Of a DNA stretch of 64,000 nucleotides, positions 40,505 to 64,000 are shown piece by piece. The DNA is from Macrostomum lignano. Lineage: Eukaryota. Location of the stretch: NCBI GenBank assembly GCA_002269645.1, contig NIVC01000106.1, positions 806,001-870,000 of the forward strand, read 5' to 3'. Each line of letters begins with the position of its first letter. The first letter of the stretch is position 1. The notes beneath the pieces are model-generated. The model ran no database searches and had not been told where the DNA came from. It saw nothing but the letters and a program-made list of their open reading frames with translations. The translations under genes were made by a program, and so were the position numbers.

Positions 40505-41949
40505 CTTTTCGTTTTATAATTTTTTGTACTTGTAAAATTGTATGAACAAGGTGGTCTAGATTTTCAATGTAGTAGGGGCCTATAGTATTAGTAGAATCTA
40601 GGGGCTAATCTAAACTAGGGCCAATGCTTTGCTTTTTATAGTTCTTGGCCTGTTTATCACAATATTAAAATAAAAAAATTAAGATGCAAGTAGCAGTGTA
40701 GTGCGTAGCCCCTATTTAACTTGAATAGGCCTAAGTATATGATGAGCTTTTGTCTACGACTAGGCCTACAGATTGTTAAAATGGAACTTGTGGCTGTGCG
40801 CTCTAGTATAGTCGAACGTCAAAGCAAATAATAAATGTTATTCTTTATGCCACTATTGTGGGCCTGATCGTGGATTCGTGGGCCTAAACCGTCTAGTAAG
40901 TAGGCACTAAGACTAAAAATACGAAGGCTTCAATTATATAGTGCTCGGCGCCTTATAGTGCCAATGCCAAAACAAAACTCACGTGATATACTTTAAAGTT
41001 TACGTTAAATAAAACAAAACTTAAAACTAGGTTTTATTTTATATTTTTCAGATAGCGTATCTCTTTAAAAGTTTATATTAAATAAACTTTACTTCTTTTA
41101 AATACATTAAAAAGTTGTTCAATGTTTATGCAAAAAGATTTTGAGTCCTTAGCATTTTTAACATCAGCAATTGATTATTAAATGACCGGCGGTGCGGCAG
41201 ACAGACAGCAGTCTCGACTACTCTGGAAGATTTCATCACATCGTATATAGACAGAGCTTCCCTAAATGCTTGATTACAAAAACGTAAAATTCCCTGGCAA
41301 AGCATTAACACTTTGAATATCTGTCGTGTTGTAAAATACAACACCCTGGCCCCTCGTTCTCCCCTGCTAGTACTACTTTAACTGAAGGTCCTAACTATAG
41401 CAAATTATTTTTCATCAAACACTAGACTTTGGTTTTCTAGCTTACATGCACTGCTATCATTGTTTTGAAAGTTAACATGAGGCTCCCAGTAGTAGCACTA
41501 GCTGGTATTATTCATTTTAGGCAATTTTCCTCTTCAGTTCGTTATAATATTTTTTTACGTTTTAAATGAAACAAATTTTGCTTAATAGCTTATAAATAAC
41601 ACGTGCTTTCACTTTTATATGGTTTCTGCAATCTATTAATTATTAAAAGCTACAGAATTTTTAATATTGGGTAGGGTAGACTTGTCATTAAATACATCCT
41701 CTTTGGAACTTTATATTTTTTATTTATAAAAGTTTCTATATTTATTCTTACAGTTACAAGTTTTAAATCAATTTTAACTTTTTAAATTATTGAAAATAAT
41801 GTTTTTAACTTTTTAGTTATCTCATTAAAATCACTTATGGCATATAATGGGAAACCAAAGCGGAGGCTAAATTTAACCCTAATTTTACTGGAACAATCAA
41901 AGAATAACTTACTAAGCTTATAAGCCGTGTAAGTCCGAACAAAAGTCAC

Positions 41950-52226
<10,277 letters not shown>

Positions 52227-52485
52227 CAGGCAGACTGACAGACAGAGCTCCAGAGCTTTAAATTGGCTGTGTCATATGGAACGATGCACCAAAAGGACCA
52301 TTGGTACTAGTAGTAAGACATGTAGGTCTGAACATCTATAAATTTGTTAGAATAAAAAATTCGCTTTAAAATGCATTCTGAGACAGGGTAGTAATCATTG
52401 CGAATGCAATTTAATACCAATATGGGTACTGAGTTTTTACGGAATTTTCAAGTTTTTAAAAAATCCAATAACCATCATTTAAAAA

Positions 52486-53235
52486 TATAGCATTTTGCAG
52501 CCCATTTGGGCTTGCGCGCATTTAATTTAATCCAAGATACGTTTGCCAATGTAACGGAGCTTTTGTCAATGGTGGCAGGGCTGGCGCAGCGGCATTTAAT
52601 TTGGTCCAACAAGCATCCATTTGGTCCAAACACTCGTGAGCCATTGGACAAACTCTTGCCTTCTCTCAACCGTCTGCAGGTTCTTGCGCACCGCTGGAAT
52701 GTCAGCGTCTCTACCAACAATTTTCAGTTGCTTTTCCAGAGCTCTGCTGATAGTCGAAATCTGATAACCAACTGGAGCTGTTCCCTCAACTTCTGCTGCA
52801 TTTCGGCAACGTCAACAAAGGGTTCGTCTCCACTGCATCGAGTAGCAGTTGGACCTGAGGCTCTCGAGCAACTTTCCTTGGCGATTGCCACCCTTTCGCA
52901 GGCAATCTCTGCCGGCAGAGTTTCAACGCGCTGCTGGATGCTGTAAACCACCTTTTCTTTTACATTTAGCAACCTTGAAATGTCCTTTGGGTGTTCACCT
53001 CCGTCGAGTGCTTCGATCACAAGCCAATGACATTCGTTCAATAGCCTAGCATATGGTCCACAATTCTGGGACTGAGCTGCAAATGAACTAAATGGACCAA
53101 ATTGATGCTTGTTGGACCGGATGGAATGCCGCTGCGCCAGCCTTGCTACCATAGACAAAAGCTCCATTACTTTGATAAACATATCTTGGATTAAATTCGA
53201 TGCGCGTAAGCCCAAATGGGCTGCAAAAAGCTATA
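52486..53235 (-). mobile_element. Internally deleted IS630/Tc1-mariner-like element with ~143-bp TIRs, copy 2 (inverted)
   Basis: TIRs 52486-52628 and 53093-53235. Minus strand reads LVIEALDGGEHPKDISRLLNVKEKVVYSIQQR..DVAEMQQKLREQLQL (two HTH-like blocks). No DDE domain. Confidence 0.8.
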
Positions 53236-54068
53236 TTAAATCTTAGTATTTTCAATTTGGAAATCTAAATTCAATTACACACAAAGCTCGTACCACCAAT
53301 TTTATAAGCGCAAATGAAGTTCAAAAGGTGAGGTTGCTATCAAATTTCCAGAAAAAAACTGAAAAGTTTGAGTCTCACGATTGCATCCTGGAGCGAAATT
53401 ATGACTTTAAGTAATATTTTTTATCAATTTCTATTGAATAACTGACCTGCTTTTAACAGTCTTTAAAACAACGTTTCGTGTACCTCAATAATTTTGTGAC
53501 AGTAGATTCACTACTTAATTCCGAATATATAATGTACAGCTTTATTGGATATTTAGTTATAAATTTTAGTATATGGAATTTGCTTTCTAACACCTGATAA
53601 TCCCATTAGTTAAATTGAATATTTGGCAACAGCAACAATTGAACATTTATAACCTTTTTGATGTCGAATTTTTGTTAAAGCAACATTGTGGAATCTCAGT
53701 GTCTACTACTCTTGTTCTTAATTTTTAAGAATTGATTTAGCTTTAATTTCAGAATTTAACGAATGAAACCTTTTGCAGTGCGCCTTTCACATTGTTGACG
53801 ATGCTTTGCACTGGTTCTCTTTGCTTTTTGTTTTGGCAACAAACTGCTCAGATTTGCTTTCAATGTGAGTCCTTTGCACTACTCAGAAAGATTTTTGTTT
53901 TATTTTTTCCACTTACATATACACATATACTTTTTGAGGCCCCCACAGTTAGAATTATTCCGAGATAAAGTGTAGAAATCTTCCCAATGCAGTGCAGAGA
54001 AGTTTGTTAATAAGTCTGACAATATATTGTGAACTTTCATAGGAAACCTGCTGTAGAATGACGCTACA

Positions 54069-54188
54069 CACTCAAATTTCTTGGAAATGAGATGCGAGCC
54101 GGTAAGTAACCTACAGTATGGTCTGGAGTGCGCAGTGCACAGATTAAGGTTTTGCCATAGACAAATTCATTTCTAAGAAAATCGAGTG
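54069..54188. mobile_element. Short MITE-like palindromic element
   Basis: cactcaaatttcttggaaatga ... tcatttctaagaaaatcgagtg. Related sequence at 46860-46982. Confidence 0.45.
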
Positions 54189-54807
54189 AACCGTAGCGTC
54201 CTTGTACTTCAGGTGTCCATGGGCGACTTATTTTTGCAAATAATAGCTAATGAACTGAAACTGCATGCTGCTTTTACCATATCGGTAGAAGTTCTGACTT
54301 AATTGATTAACAAAATGTCGATAAGGGCCACAAGCCGTAGCCCTCAGTACAGCAAAGTGTGCGTGCTTATCGCTCCCATGCTTCGACGACAGAAATAAAG
54401 AGCAATTATAATCTTTAGACTGGCTTTAAGGACTAGATTACAAGAGATTGAATTCGATATGTTTACCTAGCTACACTGGGCCGCTTTACATGTAGATAGG
54501 CCATATCGAGTCAAGCAAATCTTGGCTGTTTCACTGCAGTGCAACTGGGGGCAGACGGACCACGAGTTGAAGATTTCTGTACGGTCATGCAGCTAACACA
54601 CAACGTTAGTCACAGCCCCACCAGTGCAGCAATCGACACTGTATCTAATCGGGCCTGACTGACACAGTTTTCCATAACAATCTGCGCACCTGCGAGTCAC
54701 GCGCACCCGCCTCTATTGAAGCGTACGTATTTATAAGCTCTGAAAGCCCCTGTGGAAGACGTGGTGACGTTGAAATTTACAAGCAACTCCAACTGTACGA
54801 AGCCAGC

Positions 54808-57547
54808 ATGGACGCCAGCACAGTTGCTAAGCAGGATCGGCGAGTTGAGTTTGAAGAAGACGAACCCGAGCCTGGAGTCGGATTCTGCGGCGGAATCCTC
54901 ATCTTCTTCTCAGTTATTCTGATCATTTGCAGTTTTCCTATTTCGATCTTTATGTGCATCAAGGTAAATTGCTCTCGAGATTGCTTGGCATGTATGCTTT
55001 ACTAATGTTCTCTTTAGTAGTTTATTTTCAACAACTTCAGATTGTGACGGAATACGAACGGGCGGTGATCTTCCGGTTGGGCCGTATCATTTCTGGCAGA
55101 CCAAAGGGCCCAGGCCTGTTCTTCATTATTCCCTGCGTGGACACAATGCGCAAGGTGGACCTGAGAACCATCATGTTTGACATCAGGCCTCAAGAGGTGA
55201 CTACCAATTTCAAATCCAATTACTATCCAGGGTGATCTAGATCGAAACAAACAACCAACCAACCAACCAACCAACCAACCAACCAACCAACCAACCAACC
55301 AACCAACCAACCAACCAACCAACCAACCAACCAACCAACCAACAACCAACCAACCAACCAACCAACCAACCAACCAACCAACCAACCAACCAACCAACCA
55401 ACCAACCAACCAACCAACCAACCAACCAACCAACCAACCAACCAACCAACCAACCAACCAACCAACCAACCAACCAACCAACCAACCAACCAACCAACCA
55501 ACCAACCAACCAACCAACCAACCAACCAACCAACCAACCAACCAACCAACCAACCAACCAACCAACCAACCAACCAACCAACCAACCAACCAACCAACCA
55601 ACCAACCAACCAACCAACCAACCAACCAACCAACCAACCAACCAACCAACCAACCAACCAACCAACCAACCAACCAACCAACCAACCAACCAACCAACCA
55701 ACCAACCAACCAACCAACCAACCAACCAACCAACCAACCAACCAACCAACCAACCAACCAACCAACCAACCAACCAACCAACCAACCAACCAACCAACCA
55801 ACCAACCAACCAACCAACCAACCAACCAACCAACCAACCAACCAACCAACCAACCAACCAACCAACCAACCAACCAACCAACCAACCAACCAACCAACCA
55901 ACCAACCAACCAACCAACCAACCAACCAACCAACCAACCAACCAACCAACCAACCAACCAACCAACCAACCAACCAACCAACAACCAACCAACCAACCAA
56001 CCAACCAACCAACCAACCAACCAACCAACCAACCAACCAACCAACCAACCAACCAACCAACCAACCAACCAACCAACCAACCAACCAACCAACCAACCAA
56101 CCAACCAACCAACCAACCAACCAACCAACCAACCAACCAACCAACCAACCAACCAACCAACCAACCAACCAACCAACCAACCAACCAACCAACCAACCAA
56201 CCAACCAACCAACCAACCAACCAACCAACCAACCAACCAACCAACCAACCAACCAACCAACCAACCAACCAACCAACCAACCAACCAACCAACCAACCAA
56301 CCAACCAACCAACCAACCAACCAACCAACCAACCAACCAACCAACCAACCAACCAACCAACCAACCAACCAACCAACCAACCAACCAACCAACCAACCAA
56401 CCAACCAACCAACCAACCAACCAACCAACCAACCAACCAACCAACCAACCAACCAACCAACCAACCAACCAACCAACCAACCATCCGACCAGATTCTGAC
56501 CAGAGATTCTGTCACAGTGACGGTAGACGCTGTTGTGTACTACAGAATATTCAGCCCCATCATGTCGGTGAAGAATGTGGCCGACGTGGACTCGTCGACT
56601 AGATTCCTGGCTCAGACAACGCTAAGAAATGTTCTTGGAACAAAGAATTTGTCAGATATTCTCTCGGAGAGGGAGGCAGTCAGCCAAGCAATGCTGGTGA
56701 GCATTGTTGAATTCTCATACATCAAAACCGTATACTGTATAATACCTGTCACTAAAGTTCACTGTTGTCACTAACAACGTAGGCACAACTGGACGAAGCC
56801 ACTGATCCTTGGGGAGTGAAAGTCGAACGAGTGGAAGTGTGAGTTGCATCAATTTATCTCGGATAGCAAGCTATTTTGCACTATTTTCTAATAAATTTCC
56901 TGCAACAAACCACCTTGATTTTTACAGCAAGGATGTCAGGCTGCCAACCCAGATGCAGCGAGCCATGGCTGCTGAAGCTGAGGCGAATCGCGAGGCCAAC
57001 GCTAAGGTGAGATTGCCAACTGGAAAAAATCTAAGAGGATTAAATAAAGCAATAAACTTCTCTCTAATGTAGTAGTAGATAGGTGAGGCAGTGCAATTAT
57101 TTCTGCAGAATTGCTACAGGTATAAGATGATTGACCATTCGGTTGTTTTGCAGTTGCTATGCAGTTGTTGTGCAGTTGCTATGCAGTTGCTTGCTACGCG
57201 GTTGCTATGTAATTGCAGTGTTGCCTTTTGCAGAACTTTAGAGCTCGGGTAGAGCCGTTTAAGTTATACACCCGAGCTAAAGTTGAGTTAAAAATAGCTC
57301 TTCTTATCTGTTATTACTAACTTTTTCTCCTGTAAACTCCCAGGTAATCGCTGCCGAAGGCGAGAAAAAGGCCTCTCGTTCGCTCAAAGAGGCCTCCGAC
57401 ATCATGGCGGAATCGCCAGCCGCTCTGCAGCTGCGCTACCTGCAGACTCTGAACACGATATCAGCGGAGAAGAATTCCACAGTGATCTTCCCGCTGCCAA
57501 TGGAAATCATGTCGTTCTTTGTGGACAACAAGAAGACGAAGATGTAG
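54808..57547 (+). CDS. STOM: Stomatin (band 7/SPFH family), 284 aa
   Basis: Exons 54808-54963, 55041-55196, 56493-56696, 56783-56838, 56928-57006, 57344-57547 (855 nt, GT-AG). Hydrophobic hairpin with [59 protein letters not shown]. Exact orthology within the stomatin/mec-2/unc-1 family is not determined. Confidence 0.93.
55247..56482. repeat. (AACC)n microsatellite filling stomatin intron 2
   Basis: Direct reading, ~1.24 kb. Confidence 0.98.
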
Positions 57548-58182
57548 TGGAGAATGAATAGACAAACAACTCTACGCTTTTACATTAGTTTTACATCGGG
57601 ATAATCTGATTTATCGCCTACTAAAACAAGTTTTTTTGACAGAAATATTGTAGCATCTCAAATCAGAAGCAAGCAAAGTTTTTATTCAGAATTTTAGCTG
57701 CATGTATACTCGCTAATCTTATACCTTATTAGATTTTATATTTTTCTATCGCTGTTCCATTAAGCACTGTTCGTTCACTAATTGGTTGTGTCTGTATTCA
57801 CGGCATGGAGTGAAGAGTGAAGACAGTCTGAAATTGGCTTTGAAATGTTTCGCATTGCTCTCCTGATTCGTGCAAATGATTGGGAATTTATGAACAATTT
57901 ACGACGTATTAGTAGATTATGTAACCTTCATGTCAATACGATTATTATTGCTGTCACAGACAACGGCAGCAAATTAAATTTTTGGATGTATGTCACTTAA
58001 AAGGCTTCAAATTTGCTATCTAACGTAAATTTACCGCATTTCATACGGCAGTATTGGTGAAAATAATATTTTTTGAAACGCGATAGCTGAAAAATCATGC
58101 CTACACAACTTACTTACTATAAGGAAGAAAAATCTTAGTAAGTAATTGAATGTGGAATGTTACACTAATTTTTACATTTTCA

Positions 58183-59310
58183 GGTGGCACTCTCTGACTT
58201 ACAGGTGACACTCACTGATTTACAGATGACACTCTCTGATTTACAGGTGACACTCACTGATTTACAGTTGACACTCACTGATTTACAGTTGACACTCACT
58301 GACTTACAGGTGACACTCACTGATTTACAGTTGACACTCTCTGATTTACAGGTGACACTCACTGATTTACAGATGACACTCACTGACTTACAGGTGACAC
58401 TCACTGATGCACAGGTGACACTCACTGATGCAAAGGTGACACTCACTGATTTACAGGTGACACTCACTGACTTACAGGTGACACTCACTGACCTACAGGT
58501 GACACTCTGACTTACAGGTGACACTCACTGACCTACAGGTGACACTCTCTGATTTACAGGTGACACTCACTGACCTACAGGTGACACTCTCTGATTTACA
58601 GGTGACACTCACTGATTTACAGATGACACTCACTGATTTACAGGTGACACTCACTGATTTACAGATGACACTCACTGATTTACAGGTGACACTCACTGAT
58701 TTACAGATGACACTCACTGACCTACAGGTGACACTCTCTGATTTACAGGTGACACTCACTGACCTACAGGTGACACTCTCTGATTTACAGGTGACACTCA
58801 CTGATTTACAGATGACACTCACTGATTTACAGGTGACACTCACTGATTTACAGATGACACTCACTGATTTACAGGTGACACTCACTGATTTACAGATGAC
58901 ACTCACTGATTTACAGGTGACACTCACTGACCTACAGGTGACACTCACTGACTTACAGGTGACACTCACTGACCTACAGGTGACACTTACTGACTTACAG
59001 GTGACACTCACTGACTTACAGGTGACACTCACTGACTTACAGGTGACACTCACTGACTTACAGGTGACACTCACTGACCTACAGGTGACACTCACTGACT
59101 TACAGGTGACACTCACTGACCTACAGGTGACACTTACTGACTTACAGGTGACACTCACTGACCTACAGGTGACACTCACTGACTTACAGGTGACACTCAC
59201 TGACCTACAGGTGACACTCACTGACTTACAGGTGACACTCACTGACTTACAGGTGACACTCACTGGTTTACAGGTGAGACTCACTGATTTACAGGTGACA
59301 CTCACTGGTT
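58183..59310. repeat. 21-bp minisatellite (acaggtgacactcactgattt)
   Basis: Direct reading, about 53 units. Confidence 0.97.
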
Positions 59311-59773
59311 TACTCGTGAAACTACTTTCTAGAAAAGAAATCTAAATCATCCCATAGGCCCAAATGAGGTTATGTTAGGCCACATCAAATATGTGTTCTC
59401 TTAGACTATCACGTGAGGTTCTCCAAAAATTCCAACCTTAACAACTAAAAGTTGTATTTATTATTAATAGTTGATATTCAGCAAAGTGTTACAAAGCAAA
59501 ATATGGAACATCAAATCATTGCTTGATGGTAAATAACTAAAGAATTGGCGTGCAACAAAAATGTAAAAAAAATTAGCAGCTTTCAGTGGCCACCCAGGAT
59601 TGCGAGTGGCACAACGCTTGATTTGGTGAACTCGATATTATTAGTGCAGAATCGGCCTAGTCTTCAATATTTCAAGTTCAGAGAACCATACTTCTCACAT
59701 CCGGCTTCAAAAGTAAATGACAAGTGACATCGATTCCACTTTAAGTATTTAGTACACAGAATGATCTTGATTA

Positions 59774-60246
59774 AAACCAATCAACCAACCAACCAAAAAA
59801 CCAATCAACCAACCAAACAACCACAACTAACCAAATAACCAACCAACCAACCAACCAACCAACCAACCAACCAACCAACCAACCAACCAACCAACCAACC
59901 AACCAACCAACCAACCAACCAACCAACCAACCAACCAACCAACCAACCAACCAACCAACCAACCAACCAACCAACCAACCAACCAACCAACCAACCAACC
60001 AACCAACCAACCAACCAACCAACCAACCAACCAACCAACCAACCAACCAACCAACCAACCAACCAACCAACCAACCAACCAACCAACCAACCAACCAACC
60101 AACCAACCAACCAACCAACCAACCCAACCAACCAACCAACCAACCAACCAACCAACCAACCAACCAACCAACCAACCAACCAACCAACCAACCAACCAAC
60201 CAACCAACCAACCAAACAACCAAGCAACCAACCAAGCAACCAACCA
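59774..60246. repeat. (AACC)n microsatellite just past the SLC22-like stop codon
   Basis: Direct reading. Confidence 0.97.
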
Positions 60247-60301
60247 ATCTATCGTTAGTCTTAATTAAAAAGTCTTCGTTTTCTCCGTCAGCATTGCAGC
60301 A

Positions 60302-63300
60302 TCACCGACAAACGCCGCAGTCTCTGATACAGCCTCGACCTCGTCCTTCCAACATCTGCTTCTCCGCCTCGTCCAGCGTGTCCGGGGCCGGACAATTTCG
60401 AGTTTCTGGCAGCACAGCCGCCGACAGAAGACATCCGATCAGGCTAACAACGCCGCATGTGACGAGAGGCAGTTGCGGCCAAAGCTTGCTCAGCAGGGTG
60501 AGCTCCGGAGCCAGAACCCCGCCAACTCTGGCCGCCGTGGAGCCGACTCCGACGGCGGAGTTCCTCGCCGGAGTGGGGAACACCTCGCTAGCGTAGAGCC
60601 AAATCAGTTCAAACGCCAGCAAGAGGCCGAACCGACCGGTCAGGGCGAGGGCGATCGCCGCTTCCACAGGAAGCAGCTGGTTGTGACGCAGAGCAGCTGT
60701 AAGAAGGAGGGCCGCGCCGCCCACACCCATCGAACCGGCTAGAAGGCGAACCCGGCCAAGGCGAAGGCCGCAAACGGTGCCCAGGACTCGAGCGGCCACT
60801 TCAGCGCAACCGCCAAGCGCCATGGCAACGAACGGCGAACTGCCACCGTTGTTGCCTCCTGCCACCACGCCGAAGTCGCTCCAGCCGAGCGACAGACCGT
60901 AGTAGCCGAAGCTGACCATGGCGAACACCGACCAGACGGCGAAGGCGACCGAGCGAATAACTTGGCGAGACAGCAGGTGGGCGAGTGGAGCGGTGGCCGC
61001 TACGGGCTTCTGGCAAGAGTGCTGGGTGGCTAACTGGGCCGGTGTGTTCCTAATGGGTGAAGATTGGGATGGATTTTAATGGGAGTTGAGCTTCCGGTTT
61101 GCAGGCAACTTTCGCTGATGCACAGGTTACACTCACTGATACACAGGTGACACTCACTGATGCACAGGTTACACTCACTGATGCACAGGTGACACTCACT
61201 GATGCACAGGTGATACTCACTGATGCACAGGTGACACTCACTGATGCACAGGTGACACTCACTGATGCACAGGTGACACTCACTGATTTACAGGTGACAC
61301 TCACTGATTTACAGGTGACACTCACTGATTTACAGGTGACACTCACTGATTTACAGGTGACACTCACTGATTTACAGGTGACACTCACTGATTTACAGGT
61401 GACACTCACTGACCTACAGGTGACACACTGATTTACAGGTGACACTCACTGATTCCCGGTTGGCCCTCTTTGTCCTATTATTGATGGCTTCTTTTTGCCT
61501 CTATCTTACAGGTGAAGATTCTCACTAGTACAGTATGGGACAACTACTAGTAACTGTTGATGTCCACATGTAGCAGGCGTTGTCAGACATCTGTGCCCAG
61601 AAAATAACTAATTAAACGTATCAAAGCTCTGTCTAAAGTATCCTTACTTGTCTCGCAGCTGGTGCGGATGCAGACTCTGCAAGCTCTGCAGACCGTTCTC
61701 CTGCAAAACTGACAAGTTCTTGCTATCTCGACGGGTTTCGCTGGTGCAGTCCGTGTCTTCTCCTTCCGATGACTGCTGACCTGACGGCTTTCGTTGTTTT
61801 CTTGTTTGTTGCTGGTGTTGCAATTGTTGATGCTGTTGTTGTTGTTGTTGTTTTATCCTCTGATGCGACTCACGAATGTACAGATGCATCGCATTCCGAC
61901 GCTCGCGATCAGCCAACAGACTGTCCAGGCGATTCGTTCGTCCGTTTACGGCCGCCATTTTATGCAGCGCTGCTGTTGCGTCGCAGGCTCGACCGACCTG
62001 CGGTGCGATGGGCGGTGAATTGAGAGGCGGGGACTTAACGACCTAGTTTTTGGACCTAAGTGGGTCTTGAAACTGTGCCACTTATATGACTAGGCATAAG
62101 TCTTTCGTATCCTTACGACCTTCGTAATCTATAAAGCGCAGGTTTGCTCTTACGCTTGACCGTAATTTTGGGACTACGAGTAACATGGAGTCTCTGCTCG
62201 TGCAATTAACGGCCTTGGAGAGCCAACCCACCAAGGCGCAATGAAGTGTACATGCCTAACGATTAATCAAGTTAGGGCCGCTGTACACTCCTGTGTGAGT
62301 GTGTGCCTATGTGTATGACTGCGTACGCATCCGCGCGCTTGTGTGCCTGCTCAGGGGAGTCGGCGGAATTGGCAGCAATGCCTCTCGCCGGTTGTGCGAC
62401 AATGTCGCTCAAGTGCGCTAGGGTGCACACAGCCTTCTGGCAAAAAAGTGGCAGGTTCCTTTAGGCTTGTAGGAATATTTTTCGGGATTGCAGAAAGGTT
62501 TTGAGATCCCAGTATTCGAATATCTTAGTGAATGTGGAAGTGACCAATAACTTAATGCATGTAAAATTTGAAAAGATTCCCGTTTTTCTTTCAAGAGTAA
62601 AATATCTGACCCTGGAAATGGGAAAGTTCATCCTTCGGTTTATTGAAGGAATGCAATACCGAGTTTTGAACCATTGTGGTGTTCCCTTGCATTCGAGTTG
62701 TTCCAATGTGCACCGGAAACTAATGAAATACTAGTCACTGTAAAGTACAGTCAGAACGACTCCCGATTGGCTAAAGGTCAAACCTGCATGAGCCAGCGAG
62801 GCGACTCAACCACGTAGAAGTGGGCGAGCAGCAGCAGCAGGGCCGGAGCCGAGATGACCAGCTCGAGGTATCGCCAGTGCTGAGTTACGTAGGCTGCGCC
62901 GGTTAGCAGAAAAATTCCTGCACTCCAGCCCTGCAAGTAGTTTATAGGGCGTTTGTAGGTAATTGCGGAGAAGCTCGAAACTGCACTGTTACACGTGGAT
63001 GTGCAAAATGTCTTCGTGTACAGTAGGTAGGTGACGTTTTTACGGAGACAATCAGACTGGGTTTACAAAGACATCAGACTGGGTTTACACAGACATCAGA
63101 CTGGGTTTACACAGTCATCAGTCTGGGTTCACGCAGTCATCAGACTGGATTCACACAGTCATCAGTCTGGGTTCACACAGTCATCAGTCTGGGTTCACAC
63201 ACTCATCAGTCTGGGTTCACACAGTCATCAGTCTGGGTTCACACAGTCATCACACTGGGTTCACACAGTCATCAGTCTGGGTTCACACAGTCTTCAGGCT

Positions 63301-64000
63301 GAGTTCACACAGTCATTAGACTGGGTTCATACAGACATCAGACTGGGTTCATACAGACATCAGACTGGGTTCATACAGACATCAGACTGGGTTCACTGCT
63401 TGCCCTGTCGATTTTCGCTTTTATTTGCGCCAGTGACCGAAGCCGAGTTAATAACTGGCAGGAAAAATTTCCTCTCTCACCTGCTTCATTAGCATAGTAA
63501 AGAGGAACCTGTGCCTGCTGTGCTGCATCTCGGTGTGCCAGGCGAAGCACACAGTCAGCAGACCGGAGGCCGCGAAGCCGGTCACGAAGCGGAACACTGC
63601 GTAGGCGGCCACCTCCTTGACGAAGGCCGCGATGACGCCGCCGACAGCCAGATTGACGCAGGCCAACAGGTAGGCGTTGCGCCGGCCCCACCGATCCGAC
63701 AAAATCCCATAGCTTGTGCTGCCAAATAGGAAGCCGAGCATAAACATCACCTTGACAACCGTTGCTATGGGTTCCCAGCCACAGACAAGACCGAACGATT
63801 CCGTCACAGTTTTAGACATCGGGTCGGAGCTGTTGAAGAGAAAGCGCTGGCAAGGTATTCCGGCTGCAGAAGGAACGCTGCCGTTCTGAGTCGCCTCTGG
63901 CGCCGATGTCGGACCGGGAATCTGACAGCTGCTCAAGTTGGACACCGAGGCCCAGTCGATTGAAGCTGCAGCTGAGGAATTATTCGAGCCGAAACCGGTG
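60302..64000 (-). CDS. SLC22-like organic cation/anion transporter (MFS), 5'-partial
   Basis: Exons 64000-63481, 62930-62784, 61997-61648, 61049-60302 (GT-AG, phases 0, 0, 2). Motifs [65 protein letters not shown]. The frame is open to the window edge. Confidence 0.9.
61108..61452. repeat. 21-bp minisatellite, same family as 58183-59310, in the last SLC22 intron
   Basis: acaggtgacactcactgat(tt/gc) units. Confidence 0.95.
62192..62435 (+). mobile_element. tRNA-derived SINE, copy 6 (5'-truncated), SLC22 intron
   Basis: Same body from ctctgctcgtgcaattaacggcc onward. Confidence 0.85.
63047..63395. repeat. 22-bp minisatellite (gggttcacacagtcatcagtct), SLC22 intron
   Basis: Direct reading. Confidence 0.92.

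Overview
This is a repeat-rich eukaryotic window, probably invertebrate. The gene style and the minisatellite-stuffed introns resemble a Macrostomum-like flatworm, but that is inference only. Almost all long ORFs in the supplied track are translations of tandem repeats, not genes. Splicing GT-AG exons by hand gives these genes. (1) A cluster of secreted F-type lectin (fucolectin) + PAN/Apple-domain genes: three complete 4-exon paralogs on + (A 20430-24183, B 30020-32232, C 33719-35447), an exon of an inverted paralog D (953-1213, -) and a decayed exon, psiE (16906-17133). (2) A two-exon CKS1/Suc1 gene (-), head-to-head with (3) a 12-exon TTLL6/13-like tubulin polyglutamylase (+). (4) A 6-exon stomatin (+). 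(5) The 3' part of an SLC22-like transporter (-). Between and inside the genes are six copies of a tRNA-derived SINE, two internally deleted IS630/Tc1-like elements with ~143-bp TIRs, a mariner relic, a hAT-type MITE, a foldback MITE, LINE fragments, a probable head-to-tail non-autonomous Helitron array and more than 20 distinct micro/minisatellites. The most notable signals are the lectin-PAN cluster, in which the canonical fucose-binding triad is altered in four different ways; recurring TA-CGAG(CG)-TA words that behave like transposon excision footprints; and satellites that appear to arise from inside mobile elements. All coordinates and counts were made by eye, and no database search was run.
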